From: Gammaproteobacteria bacterium
Lineage (GTDB): Bacteria; Pseudomonadota; Gammaproteobacteria; Steroidobacterales; Woeseiaceae
Reading direction: 5' to 3'
NCBI GenBank assembly: GCA_030429005.1
Contig: JAUIDP010000005.1
Coordinates: 9,525-73,524 of the forward strand
Length of the DNA: 64,000 bases
The notes under the pieces were generated by a model, which had not been told where the DNA came from, did no database searches, and worked only from the letters and a program-made list of their open reading frames with translations. The translations under genes and the position numbers were made by a program. Positions 48,455-56,866 of this stretch are shown piece after piece (within the stretch, counting starts at the first letter, position 1; each line of letters starts with the position of its first letter).

Positions 48455-50376
48455 GCGTCGCCCAATTCCTGCACGGCCCGGTGCGCCTGTCCTATCGCCT
48501 GGTGAATGATCGCGCTCGCACCGGCGTCCGAGTTTGCAATCGTAATACGTCCCCAGGGCTGGCGTGCCTGTACGTGCGGATAGCGCGGGTCATCCCAGTC
48601 CGCGTACAGCGTATCGTCCTTGCCGTTGTAGCTGTAGGCGTAGCCATGCGCCCAGCGGTTTACGGTAATGGCCGCAATATCGTCCGCCGGGTCGAAGCCG
48701 CCATCGCCCAGCATCTCCGCGAGTTGTTGCCGTGTGTTGCGTTCGATCGTTTCAAAGCTCGTGGAATACAGCTCAAGCCGGCCGGCACGATGCTGCTCTT
48801 TTTGCGTCAGCCCCTGGTTCGGCAGGTAGAAGAAGCGTTCCATATGCACCATGATGGCGTCGTCCGGACCCTGGCTGTACTTGTAGCCACCCAGGTTGAC
48901 CGGAAAATCCAGCATCGCGTTGGTGTGGTAACCGCCGGGCGATACGATGCCACCAACGCCGAGCTTCTTGAACGCTCGCCAGTTGCGCAGCGCAACAGAC
49001 GTATACAGCATCGGCGTCTTGACCTGCCAGGCCAGTGCTTCGCGCTGCACTGCCGGCAGTTCCGGGCACAGGGACGGAATCATTGCGTTGTAACAGGCAA
49101 GGACGCAGTGCTTGCCGGTCACGCGATACGATTTGCCGTCGCGGACATAGGCAACTTTGACCTGCCTGGCGGCTTTTGCCGGACCATCGTTTTCCACATG
49201 GACGACCGTGCTGTTCAAACGCAGGCGTACCGCGGTCCGGGCCGTGTCCAGCTTGCTGTAGTCGAAGCGCGCGGTAACGATGTCTTCCATCGTTGACCCG
49301 GGTGCCACGCCGGGAATCATCGACCGAACCAGCAACCGGGCGATCGATGCGTTGCCATCAGGAAAGTGGTGAATATACGGCGCGTTCCCTTCCTGGCCCC
49401 GGACACCAGCCGCGTCGACGCCGGGCAGTGCTACGTACAAGAGAGCACCCGCTGCAGAAGCATGGTCGATGCCAAGGCTCGCATCGGTGGCGAGTCGCTG
49501 CATGGCGGCAAACACTTCCGGTTCGCTGATGCCGAGATGCCGTTGCAGGAAGTCCTGGTAACTGATGCGATCGAGGTAATCGAGCCGCTCGTCCAGTGTC
49601 ATGTCCGGCAGCTGGTTTTCTGTCGTCGTCAACAGGCGCAGCATCTGTTCACGGGCCGCCCGGGACATCGGCATTTGGCTGACAGCCTCGGCGAGCGGCG
49701 TTGTCGGCGGTGCAAGCGGTACGTAGTTGCGCAGTGAGCCGAGATCGCAGTCGACGATACGGTTCACGCCCCAGTTGGCCTTGTCGAAATGCACGACGGC
49801 ACGCAGGCCATTGCGGATAAAAAAGTCGTGATCGAACGCCGTTTCGAACCGGTCGAGGTCCACACCCAGGTCGCGCAACAGGGTTTTGGACGGCTCGTTA
49901 TAGTCAAACGGCTCTTCCAGCGTCTGGCTGCCGCCATAGCCGATCAGCATCCTGCCGTCGACGTCAAACTCGTTGCGCCGGGCATGTCCGCCGAAGTCGT
50001 CGTGGTTGTCCAGGATCAGGATGCGCGCGTCCGGGTGAGCTTTCCTGTAGAAATGCGCGGCCGCCAGGCCACTGATACCCGCACCGACGACGACGAGATC
50101 GTACACACCGGCGTCCGCATCGGTATACGGCCCCCAGTCTGTCTTCCCCTCTCGCGCCAGTGCGTGTGCAACGTCGAACGAACCCGGTTGGTTGCCACGC
50201 ATGCCGGTCAATGCCGGCGGATAGACTCCGGCGTCTTCGGCCGCCTGCATCCTCGCGGCAAACGCGTGTCCCGGCACGAAGGCAGCCGCCGCCGCAGCGC
50301 CGACTCCCTGCAACAGGTCGCGCCGCGTGATATTGCGCTGCATGCCGAGTTGTTTGTCAGTTCGGGACTGTCCCAT
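48451..50376 (-). CDS. Tat-exported FAD-dependent oxidoreductase, spermidine-dehydrogenase (SpdH)-like
   Basis: Twin-arginine signal ITRRDLLQGVGAAAAAAF. YDLVVVGAGISGLAAAHFY...ILDNHDDFGGHARRNEF. Size and layout as I recall for SpdH-type enzymes. Alternative ATG at 50343. Confidence 0.72.
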   Translation of the reverse strand: MGQSRTDKQLGMQRNITRRDLLQGVGAAAAAAFVPGHAFAARMQAAEDAGVYPPALTGMRGNQPGSFDVAHALAREGKTDWGPYTDADAGVYDLVVVGAGISGLAAAHFYRKAHPDARILILDNHDDFGGHARRNEFDVDGRMLIGYGGSQTLEEPFDYNEPSKTLLRDLGVDLDRFETAFDHDFFIRNGLRAVVHFDKANWGVNRIVDCDLGSLRNYVPLAPPTTPLAEAVSQMPMSRAAREQMLRLLTTTENQLPDMTLDERLDYLDRISYQDFLQRHLGISEPEVFAAMQRLATDASLGIDHASAAGALLYVALPGVDAAGVRGQEGNAPYIHHFPDGNASIARLLVRSMIPGVAPGSTMEDIVTARFDYSKLDTARTAVRLRLNSTVVHVENDGPAKAARQVKVAYVRDGKSYRVTGKHCVLACYNAMIPSLCPELPAVQREALAWQVKTPMLYTSVALRNWRAFKKLGVGGIVSPGGYHTNAMLDFPVNLGGYKYSQGPDDAIMVHMERFFYLPNQGLTQKEQHRAGRLELYSTSFETIERNTRQQLAEMLGDGGFDPADDIAAITVNRWAHGYAYSYNGKDDTLYADWDDPRYPHVQARQPWGRITIANSDAGASAIIHQAIGQAHRAVQELGDA

Positions 50377-52363
50377 GCGCTGTGTCCGGACGCCGCCTGG
50401 CGAGCCACACAGATACTAGCCCAAACAGCAACAGCAGCGCACCCGACGACCCACCACCACTGTCTTCGCTGTTTTGCTGCTCGCCGAGGACAGCCACGGC
50501 AGCGGTGACGGCATTGTCCAAAGGCGTTGCATCCGGCTCCGCCGAAGCCAGCGTCAATGTAACGTCACGGTTGCCGCGGGCGATCGCATCGACGGTCACC
50601 GTCAGCGTCGATGTTGCCATCCCGCCCAACGAGTTTGCCTGGCAACTCACCTGCTGCGGAGTCACGGTGCACGTCCCGATAGACCAGCTTGCAGAAACAG
50701 CCGCTATTCCGTTTTCAAGCACGATTTCGGCCGTAAGGTCCGTCGCATCGACCGACGATACATTGTCGATGTCTGCTGACACCGTCGTCCTGGAGCCGAC
50801 GACGACATCGGCCGGCGCCGGCACCCCGGCAACGAGGTCGACTGGCGCCACGACCGTGTAGCCAAACGCTTCCTGGTTGTTTGCCGAACGCTCGTCATTG
50901 CCGGATGTGCTCACCGCAGCGGCCACGGCGCCACCTCCGATTGCGACAGGCGTGACGGTTAGCGTGACCGTTTCGGAGCTGAGTCCGGCCAGCGTACCCA
51001 GCTCACAGCTGGCGAGCCCGGCGCCACTACTGCAGGTACCGACAGACGCAGCGATATTGTCGATCGCCAGGTTGACCGGCACGACGAAGCTCGCCTGTAC
51101 GCCAGTGGCGTCCAGCGTGCCATTGCTCGACACCTCGAATTGCAGGTCCGATGCAATGGCGAGCAGCAGGTCCGGATTGCTCACCGCGGCTATGCCGACG
51201 TCGACTGTTGGCAGTGCCGTAACGCAGGAGGCACCAGACGCTTCCTGCTGCATGACGGCGATGCTGCATTCGGAGAATTCCTGGCTGGAGCTCACCGATG
51301 CGGACATGATGAAGTCACCGGTAACGTCCGCGCAGGAAGTATCCGGCTCGCCATCATGCTGTGCGCCGAAGTTGTGTCCAATCTCATGTGCCGCGACCAG
51401 GCTGTCAATCAGCGCGCCGCCCTTGCCTTCGGTGAGGCCCGCGCTGAAGTAGTCGTCGCACAGGGCGCCGCGCCACGCGATGCCGACCGTCGACCCGGCC
51501 AGGTCGCGCCCGGTCCAGAGGTGTGTCAGTCCGGCACTGTTGTGGCTTGCCGTCTGCAGACGGTATTCGGAGAGTTCATCCAGCAACAGGTCCGAATCCG
51601 GCGTATCCGAAAACGGATCGTCCGAATCGCTGTGTGTCTCGACCGGCTGCTGCAAAGTGATCTGCACACCAACCTGCTCACTGAAGTAGCCATCGACGTT
51701 GTTCATCCGCGTGGCGATGGCGGCCGCAGCGGCGACATCGCCACCGCGCTGGTCGGTGAACTGGAAGTCGCCAATGGCACTCAACGTGATCTCGCTCAGC
51801 GCGCCCGGGCCTCGAGCCATCGCCGCGCTGGCCGCATGGCTCAACACCTTGTTAACGGTCGAAGCACGCCCGGACAAGTCGTTAGCCGCGCAACTCATCG
51901 TCCCCGGCGCAATATGCGCATCCGCAAGCCGAAAGATTGCCGGCCGGTCAATTGGCAGCGACGAGTCCTGTGGGGCCTCGATCGCGAATAACTCACGCCC
52001 GTCTGAAAATACCCCACTCGGCATACCATCAAACATGACGATACGAGCCCAGGACTGCGGATATTCCGGGAGTACGCCTCGGTAGACCTGGATTCGCTGG
52101 CTTTCGCCGCCTTGAGCGAGTCCCGCGGCGACCCGATCGTTGTGCTCGAGCTGCATCGTGAATTGCCGGCCGAGCGCGGCGAAATCCAGTGTTATTGCCG
52201 CGCCTGCCTGTGGCTTTGCGCTGAAACTTTGCAGCCCTTTGCCAGTCTCAGATACCTGTATGCGCTGCAGCGTTTCGAAGTGCGCCACGACGATGTCGCT
52301 CTTGGCCAGCCCCGGCAGCGAGGCGAACACAGCGGCGAATATCAGGAGTCGGGAGCAGTGCAT
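50357..52363 (-). CDS. Secreted reprolysin-like (M12B-type) zinc metalloprotease with two beta-sandwich repeats and a GlyGly-CTERM-like tail
   Basis: Signal peptide. HEIGHNFGAQHD zinc motif. Two repeats with the C..x..C.LG.L......TVTLTV pattern. C-terminal SGGGSSGALLLLFGLVSVWLARRR. Confidence 0.85.
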   Translation of the reverse strand: MHCSRLLIFAAVFASLPGLAKSDIVVAHFETLQRIQVSETGKGLQSFSAKPQAGAAITLDFAALGRQFTMQLEHNDRVAAGLAQGGESQRIQVYRGVLPEYPQSWARIVMFDGMPSGVFSDGRELFAIEAPQDSSLPIDRPAIFRLADAHIAPGTMSCAANDLSGRASTVNKVLSHAASAAMARGPGALSEITLSAIGDFQFTDQRGGDVAAAAAIATRMNNVDGYFSEQVGVQITLQQPVETHSDSDDPFSDTPDSDLLLDELSEYRLQTASHNSAGLTHLWTGRDLAGSTVGIAWRGALCDDYFSAGLTEGKGGALIDSLVAAHEIGHNFGAQHDGEPDTSCADVTGDFIMSASVSSSQEFSECSIAVMQQEASGASCVTALPTVDVGIAAVSNPDLLLAIASDLQFEVSSNGTLDATGVQASFVVPVNLAIDNIAASVGTCSSGAGLASCELGTLAGLSSETVTLTVTPVAIGGGAVAAAVSTSGNDERSANNQEAFGYTVVAPVDLVAGVPAPADVVVGSRTTVSADIDNVSSVDATDLTAEIVLENGIAAVSASWSIGTCTVTPQQVSCQANSLGGMATSTLTVTVDAIARGNRDVTLTLASAEPDATPLDNAVTAAVAVLGEQQNSEDSGGGSSGALLLLFGLVSVWLARRRPDTAHGTVPN

Positions 52364-52545
52364 TATCGTGTATTACGTCTTCTTCGCGTGGAAATCTAGC
52401 TAAACAAACCAATTCGCGGGCGACAAGCAGATTGATGCCGTCGAGCGCAGGCAAAACAGGACAAAGTGTGAGTTATCTCCCAAAACGGGATATTGCTACA
52501 ATCCAGGGCCTTCAAAGGGCTGAATCAGACCTGCAAAGGAACCGC

Positions 52546-53784
52546 ATGCCCACCTGCCACCCGACAACGGCAGTGCGACTGGCCGGCAAGAAGCCGGGCG
52601 CCGCTGCTGGCTGCATCCTGGCATTGTGCTGTGCCCCGCTGTTGGCAGCCGACAAGCCGTCGCATATGTCCGAGTCACTGCGCAAATCGGTACAAGACGT
52701 GGTCGTGGTCGGCGGGGCCAGCCCGGTCGACAGGGAAATCACGGGCACCTACGAAAAGCCGACACCCGGCGTGGCCGGTGGCATCAGCGGCGGTGCTGCC
52801 GCTTCGTCACCATCCGCGCAGATCGGCGCGGTCAACGTCAGCTTCCCCATTCGGATCCTGCAGTTGCCGGGCGCAATAATCGGCGGCATTTCCGGCAAGG
52901 CGCAGCGGGACTTGCAGGAATTCCGCGACGCCATGACCGAGGACCTGGCTGCGGCGAATAACCGGACACTGATCAATGATGGGCTGGCGCTTGACGTCTA
53001 CCGCAGCCTGCAGCAGTTGCCGCAGCTCGATTCGAAACTGTTTTCCGCGAGCACCGAGATTCCGCCGGGGACCGACGCCGTTCTGTATGTCAGCCTGAAA
53101 GAAATCACGATTGATGTGCAGGACAAAGACGCGGTATTGACCGCAGGTGCGACCGTCAAACTGGAGTCGCCAACCAGCGGCACGACGCTCTACGACCACG
53201 AGATTCGCTACCAGGATCGCGCCAGGCTCGACGAATGGACAGCAGACGACAACGCGCTTTGGCGTGACTTTGCGAACTACGCGCGACACTACCTAGGCCG
53301 CACGGTAGCCGCAGATACTTTCCTCAGGATCGACATAAACCATGTACTGCGCCCGGCCAAATCGGGTGACATCAAGTTCAATCGGAAGAACCGGTGGGAA
53401 GGGAAAACCCGCTCCGCTACGCCTACGCTGGCCTGGGAGCTTGAGTTACTCGGCGACGACACGTACGACGGGTGGACCGACGGTATCGCGACCGACAGCA
53501 TCGCTTTCGATCTTGAAATCTATGACCAGCACCGCCTTGTGTACGAAATGCAGGCGATCGCCGGTACGCAGCATACGCTGGTCTATGAGCTGGAACCGTG
53601 CACGACCTATCGCTGGACGGTACGTCCGACGTACACTATCGGTGATGATATTCGTACCGGTAAGTGGATGCAGTACACGGCCAAGTCCGCGAGCGAGGCC
53701 GGCCAGGGTATCGTGGGTCGTGATGCCACCGTTGCACCCGCGTACACCCAGGACTTCGCGGTGCTCGAACTTGCCTGCCGCTAG
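52546..53784 (+). CDS. Hypothetical secreted protein (412 aa)
   Basis: Start trimmed to the ATG at 52546 (AAGGA 7 nt upstream), giving signal AAAGCILALCCAPLLA-AD. No recognised domain. Confidence 0.6.
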   Translation: MPTCHPTTAVRLAGKKPGAAAGCILALCCAPLLAADKPSHMSESLRKSVQDVVVVGGASPVDREITGTYEKPTPGVAGGISGGAAASSPSAQIGAVNVSFPIRILQLPGAIIGGISGKAQRDLQEFRDAMTEDLAAANNRTLINDGLALDVYRSLQQLPQLDSKLFSASTEIPPGTDAVLYVSLKEITIDVQDKDAVLTAGATVKLESPTSGTTLYDHEIRYQDRARLDEWTADDNALWRDFANYARHYLGRTVAADTFLRIDINHVLRPAKSGDIKFNRKNRWEGKTRSATPTLAWELELLGDDTYDGWTDGIATDSIAFDLEIYDQHRLVYEMQAIAGTQHTLVYELEPCTTYRWTVRPTYTIGDDIRTGKWMQYTAKSASEAGQGIVGRDATVAPAYTQDFAVLELACR

Positions 53785-53799
53785 CCGGATCCCTGGTCG

Positions 53800-55038
53800 A
53801 TGATCAGGAACGCCCTGCCGTTGCCGAGCTACAATGCTCTGCGAGAATTTATCCGGCTCGAGTCGGCCGGCGGGATTCTGCTGCTGTTTGCTGCCATCCT
53901 CGCCATGCTGGTAGCCAACTCGCCGCTCGCCTACCTCTACGACGCATTGTTGCAAACGACGGTTGCGGTCGAAGTCGGCAATCTCGAGATCAGGAAACCG
54001 CTGCTGTTGTGGATCAACGACGGTCTGATGGCGGTGTTCTTCTTCCTGATCGGACTGGAAATCAAGCGCGAGGTAATGGAAGGCGAGCTGTCGAATTTTT
54101 CGCAAATCGTGTTTCCCGCCTTCGGCGCAATCGGCGGCATGCTGGTCCCTGCGGCGATTTACGCCTGGCTGAACTGGGGCGATCCGATTGCAATGGACGG
54201 CTGGGCAATCCCGGTCGCCACGGACATCGCCTTTGCGCTCGGGTTGCTCGGCGTCTTCGGCCCTCGCGTTCCAACACAACTTAAAGTGTTTCTGTTGACG
54301 CTTGCGATCTTCGACGATCTCGCCGCAATCATCATCATTGCCATCTTCTATTCCGGCGACCTGTCGGTTACGGCGTTGCTGTTCGGTGCCGCAGCCCTGG
54401 TTTTTGCCGTCGCAATGAATCGTTTCGGCGTGACCCGGACATCGAGTTACATCCTGGTGGGCATCGTTCTCTGGATAGCCGTGCTGAAGTCGGGAGTTCA
54501 TGCAACGCTTGCGGGTGTGCTGATCGCGCTCTGCATCCCGATGCGGGACGAAAATAACCAGTCTCCGGTTCGCAGCCTCGAACATGACCTGCACGGTCCG
54601 GTGGCATTCGCGATCCTGCCTGTTTTCGCTTTCGCCAACGCCGGCCTCGTGCTCAGTGGCATGTCGCTGACTGACATCACGCACCCGGTCACCGCCGGCG
54701 TGGCACTCGGGCTGCTGCTCGGCAAGCCGATCGGGATCCTGTGCTTCGTCGGACTTGCGGTATTGCTCGGGCTCGCCCGGCTACCTGCCGATATTAACTG
54801 GCGGCAGGTTACCGGTGTGTCGTTTGCCTGTGGCATAGGCTTCACGATGAGCCTTTTTATCGCCGGGCTGGCCTTCGAGCACGGCAGCGGCGACTACTTT
54901 GCCGGTGATCGCCTCGGCGTGTTGCTCGGCTCGATCTCGTCCGCAATAGTCGCCTATATCATCCTGCAGTTGAGCCTGCCTGCAGCCAGCCCCGAGCCAT
55001 CGCAAGGCGCGCAAGCCAAAGCAGGGCCACACCGATAG
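53800..55038 (+). CDS. nhaA: Na+/H+ antiporter NhaA
   Basis: FIRLESAGGILLL, LLWINDGLMAVFFFLIGLEIKRE, and the FDDLAAIIIIAIFY motif containing the catalytic Asp pair. Confidence 0.92.
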   Translation: MIRNALPLPSYNALREFIRLESAGGILLLFAAILAMLVANSPLAYLYDALLQTTVAVEVGNLEIRKPLLLWINDGLMAVFFFLIGLEIKREVMEGELSNFSQIVFPAFGAIGGMLVPAAIYAWLNWGDPIAMDGWAIPVATDIAFALGLLGVFGPRVPTQLKVFLLTLAIFDDLAAIIIIAIFYSGDLSVTALLFGAAALVFAVAMNRFGVTRTSSYILVGIVLWIAVLKSGVHATLAGVLIALCIPMRDENNQSPVRSLEHDLHGPVAFAILPVFAFANAGLVLSGMSLTDITHPVTAGVALGLLLGKPIGILCFVGLAVLLGLARLPADINWRQVTGVSFACGIGFTMSLFIAGLAFEHGSGDYFAGDRLGVLLGSISSAIVAYIILQLSLPAASPEPSQGAQAKAGPHR

Positions 55039-55411
55039 CCAGCGTTAAGCCGGGCAAAATGAACCCGGCCGCCCCGAAGACCTCGATACCGTTGCCGATG
55101 AACAGCGAATGGCCGATTTGTACGACGATGCCAAGCAGGCTGACCAAAAACACCGTGACCGCCCAGCTCTTGCGGAGCAGCAGGCCGATACACCCGAGCA
55201 CACCGGCAAATACGGCAACTGCGAACGCAGCTGTCGCCCAGGCCGGCGTCGCCTCATAGAAGCTGCGCTCGGCCGGTGGAAGCGTTGCCGGATCCATTGT
55301 CTGCTGGCCGATAAACGCGACGACACCGAGTACATTCCACAGCAATGCAACCCCGGCCACGACACGAAACCAGGTCGGCGGTGTGGCCGTCCCTATCCCC
55401 TGTGTACTCAT
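54959..55411 (-). CDS. Hypothetical 4-TM membrane protein (150 aa)
   Basis: C-terminal 150 codons of tracked ORF 54959..55975, starting at the ATG at 55411 (MSTQGIGTATPPTWFRVVAGVALLWNVLGV...). The upstream part of that ORF is antisense-frame overlap with the real gene 55408..55968. Confidence 0.55.
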   Translation of the reverse strand: MSTQGIGTATPPTWFRVVAGVALLWNVLGVVAFIGQQTMDPATLPPAERSFYEATPAWATAAFAVAVFAGVLGCIGLLLRKSWAVTVFLVSLLGIVVQIGHSLFIGNGIEVFGAAGFILPGLTLAIGVALLWLARLAMARGWLQAGSTAG

Positions 55412-55968
55412 TTGCCCGCCCCCCTGTAGGCTTCTTCGAGCCAGCCGACGAGTTGTTCGTCCACTTGTCCGAGATCCGTAACCCGCACCCGGTGTGTAAC
55501 CATCGCATTGAAACTGCCGGACTTTTCCAGTCGCCGGGTTGCTTTGACACCCGGCAAATTCAGCCCGACGTCGATCCTTGTCTTCGTTGAAGGCTGGATC
55601 AGGCCAAATTGCCTGGCGCGCCGCAGGCTGACGTAGGTCTTTTTCGGCGCGATCTCGACGTTCTTGCCAAACTTGCTGACCGCCTTGATCAACGCGTCGT
55701 AGATCGGTTGCAGATCTGCCTTGGCACCTGCGTACTGCTCCGCGACGAGGTCCGCGCCTGACGACGGCGCCGGCTGCAGGTACCTGCTGACGATCAGGTT
55801 GGCGAAGCCGTGGGTAACACCGTGCTCTTTCTTCAGCAGGTTTACGAGCTGACCGTGCTTTTCCAGCGCAGACTTGCTGAGTAACTTGTGCCAGTCCTGC
55901 AACGATTTGCCGGTCTTCTCCGGCAGGTTGGCCAGCATGCTGGCCGCCATTTCCTCCGGGCTTGCCAT
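55408..55968 (-). CDS. DUF4287/DUF5655-like protein
   Basis: Start at MASPEEM. NLPEKTGKSLQDWHKLL....HGQLVNLLKKEHGVTHGFANLI (DUF4287-like) plus a C-terminal K.YVSLRR..QFG.I domain. Confidence 0.7.
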   Translation of the reverse strand: MASPEEMAASMLANLPEKTGKSLQDWHKLLSKSALEKHGQLVNLLKKEHGVTHGFANLIVSRYLQPAPSSGADLVAEQYAGAKADLQPIYDALIKAVSKFGKNVEIAPKKTYVSLRRARQFGLIQPSTKTRIDVGLNLPGVKATRRLEKSGSFNAMVTHRVRVTDLGQVDEQLVGWLEEAYRGAGK

Positions 55969-56035
55969 GTTCCACTCCACGAATTTGCCTGGCGGCTACA
56001 GTAGGTCCTTTGCTGCAGTCGATATAGAAAAAATT

Positions 56036-56866
56036 TTACCGCTCGCGGTCGAGCGGGAAAAAGTTGGCGGCGTCGTCGGGGAAATCGTTCTTCAGGAATG
56101 ACTCCGGGTTGAACCCCGAGAAGTGCCTGAACTCCCGGATGAAGTGCGACTGGTCGGAGTAACCGCAGCGATGGGCAATATCCGACCAACTCAGGAACTG
56201 GTCGTTCTGCATTTGCTGGAACACATCGTTAAACCTGAGTACGCGCTGGTACTGCTTCGGTGTCAGCCCGACAAACTTCTTGAATTGCGCGATCAGGTGT
56301 TTCTGTGAGCCATTGAAACTATCCATGATGTCATTGAGTTTCGCCGCAGGCTGCTGCTGCAACTGCTCGACGACAGCCACGATCGCGGCAGGCGGTACGA
56401 GGTCGGCGCGAAACTGTTGTGCCAGCCACTCCTCCGCCACGGCAAATTTTTGCTCGGACCCGGCGCTGGTCGAGAGTGCCTGCCGCATAGCCTGCAAACC
56501 GGCAGCCGGAAACTCCGTCGCCGGTACCACGCGTTCGGCTAGCTCTGACATCGGCCGGTGCAGGAAAGGATACGCGCCGTAAGCCTTGAACTGGATGACG
56601 AACATCTCCGAGTCCGGGTGTGCCGAGATAGAAATATAGTTGCGATGGACGCCGGACACCCAGGCCTGCCGGAAACTTGCGTTCGGCTGCAACGAGTCGT
56701 TGTCGAAGGTGTTGCGCTCCATGCCGTCAAGTTCAAAGATGACAAACACATGCCCGGTGGGTACGACACGTTCGATCGAGTGGTCCGGCTGGAACCCCTC
56801 GAAGTGAAAGATGCTCTCAATCAGGCTGGCGGCGGGGTGCGCCGGTGTATAGGTTTCGAATCTCAC
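56036..56866 (-). CDS. AraC-family transcriptional regulator
   Basis: C-terminal HTH_18 region (FVGLTPKQYQRVLRFN......SWSDIAHRCGYSDQSHFIREFRHFSGFNP). The GTG start overlaps the upstream TGA (GTGA). Confidence 0.88.
   Translation of the reverse strand: MRFETYTPAHPAASLIESIFHFEGFQPDHSIERVVPTGHVFVIFELDGMERNTFDNDSLQPNASFRQAWVSGVHRNYISISAHPDSEMFVIQFKAYGAYPFLHRPMSELAERVVPATEFPAAGLQAMRQALSTSAGSEQKFAVAEEWLAQQFRADLVPPAAIVAVVEQLQQQPAAKLNDIMDSFNGSQKHLIAQFKKFVGLTPKQYQRVLRFNDVFQQMQNDQFLSWSDIAHRCGYSDQSHFIREFRHFSGFNPESFLKNDFPDDAANFFPLDRER

Noticed and set aside
54959-55975. Single 338-aa ORF spanning two genes
   Set aside because: The N-terminal 188 aa are Arg/Gly/Gln/Pro-rich and lie antisense-frame over the well-formed DUF4287-like gene (55408..55968). 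Only the C-terminal 150 codons, from ATG 55411, look like a real membrane protein.
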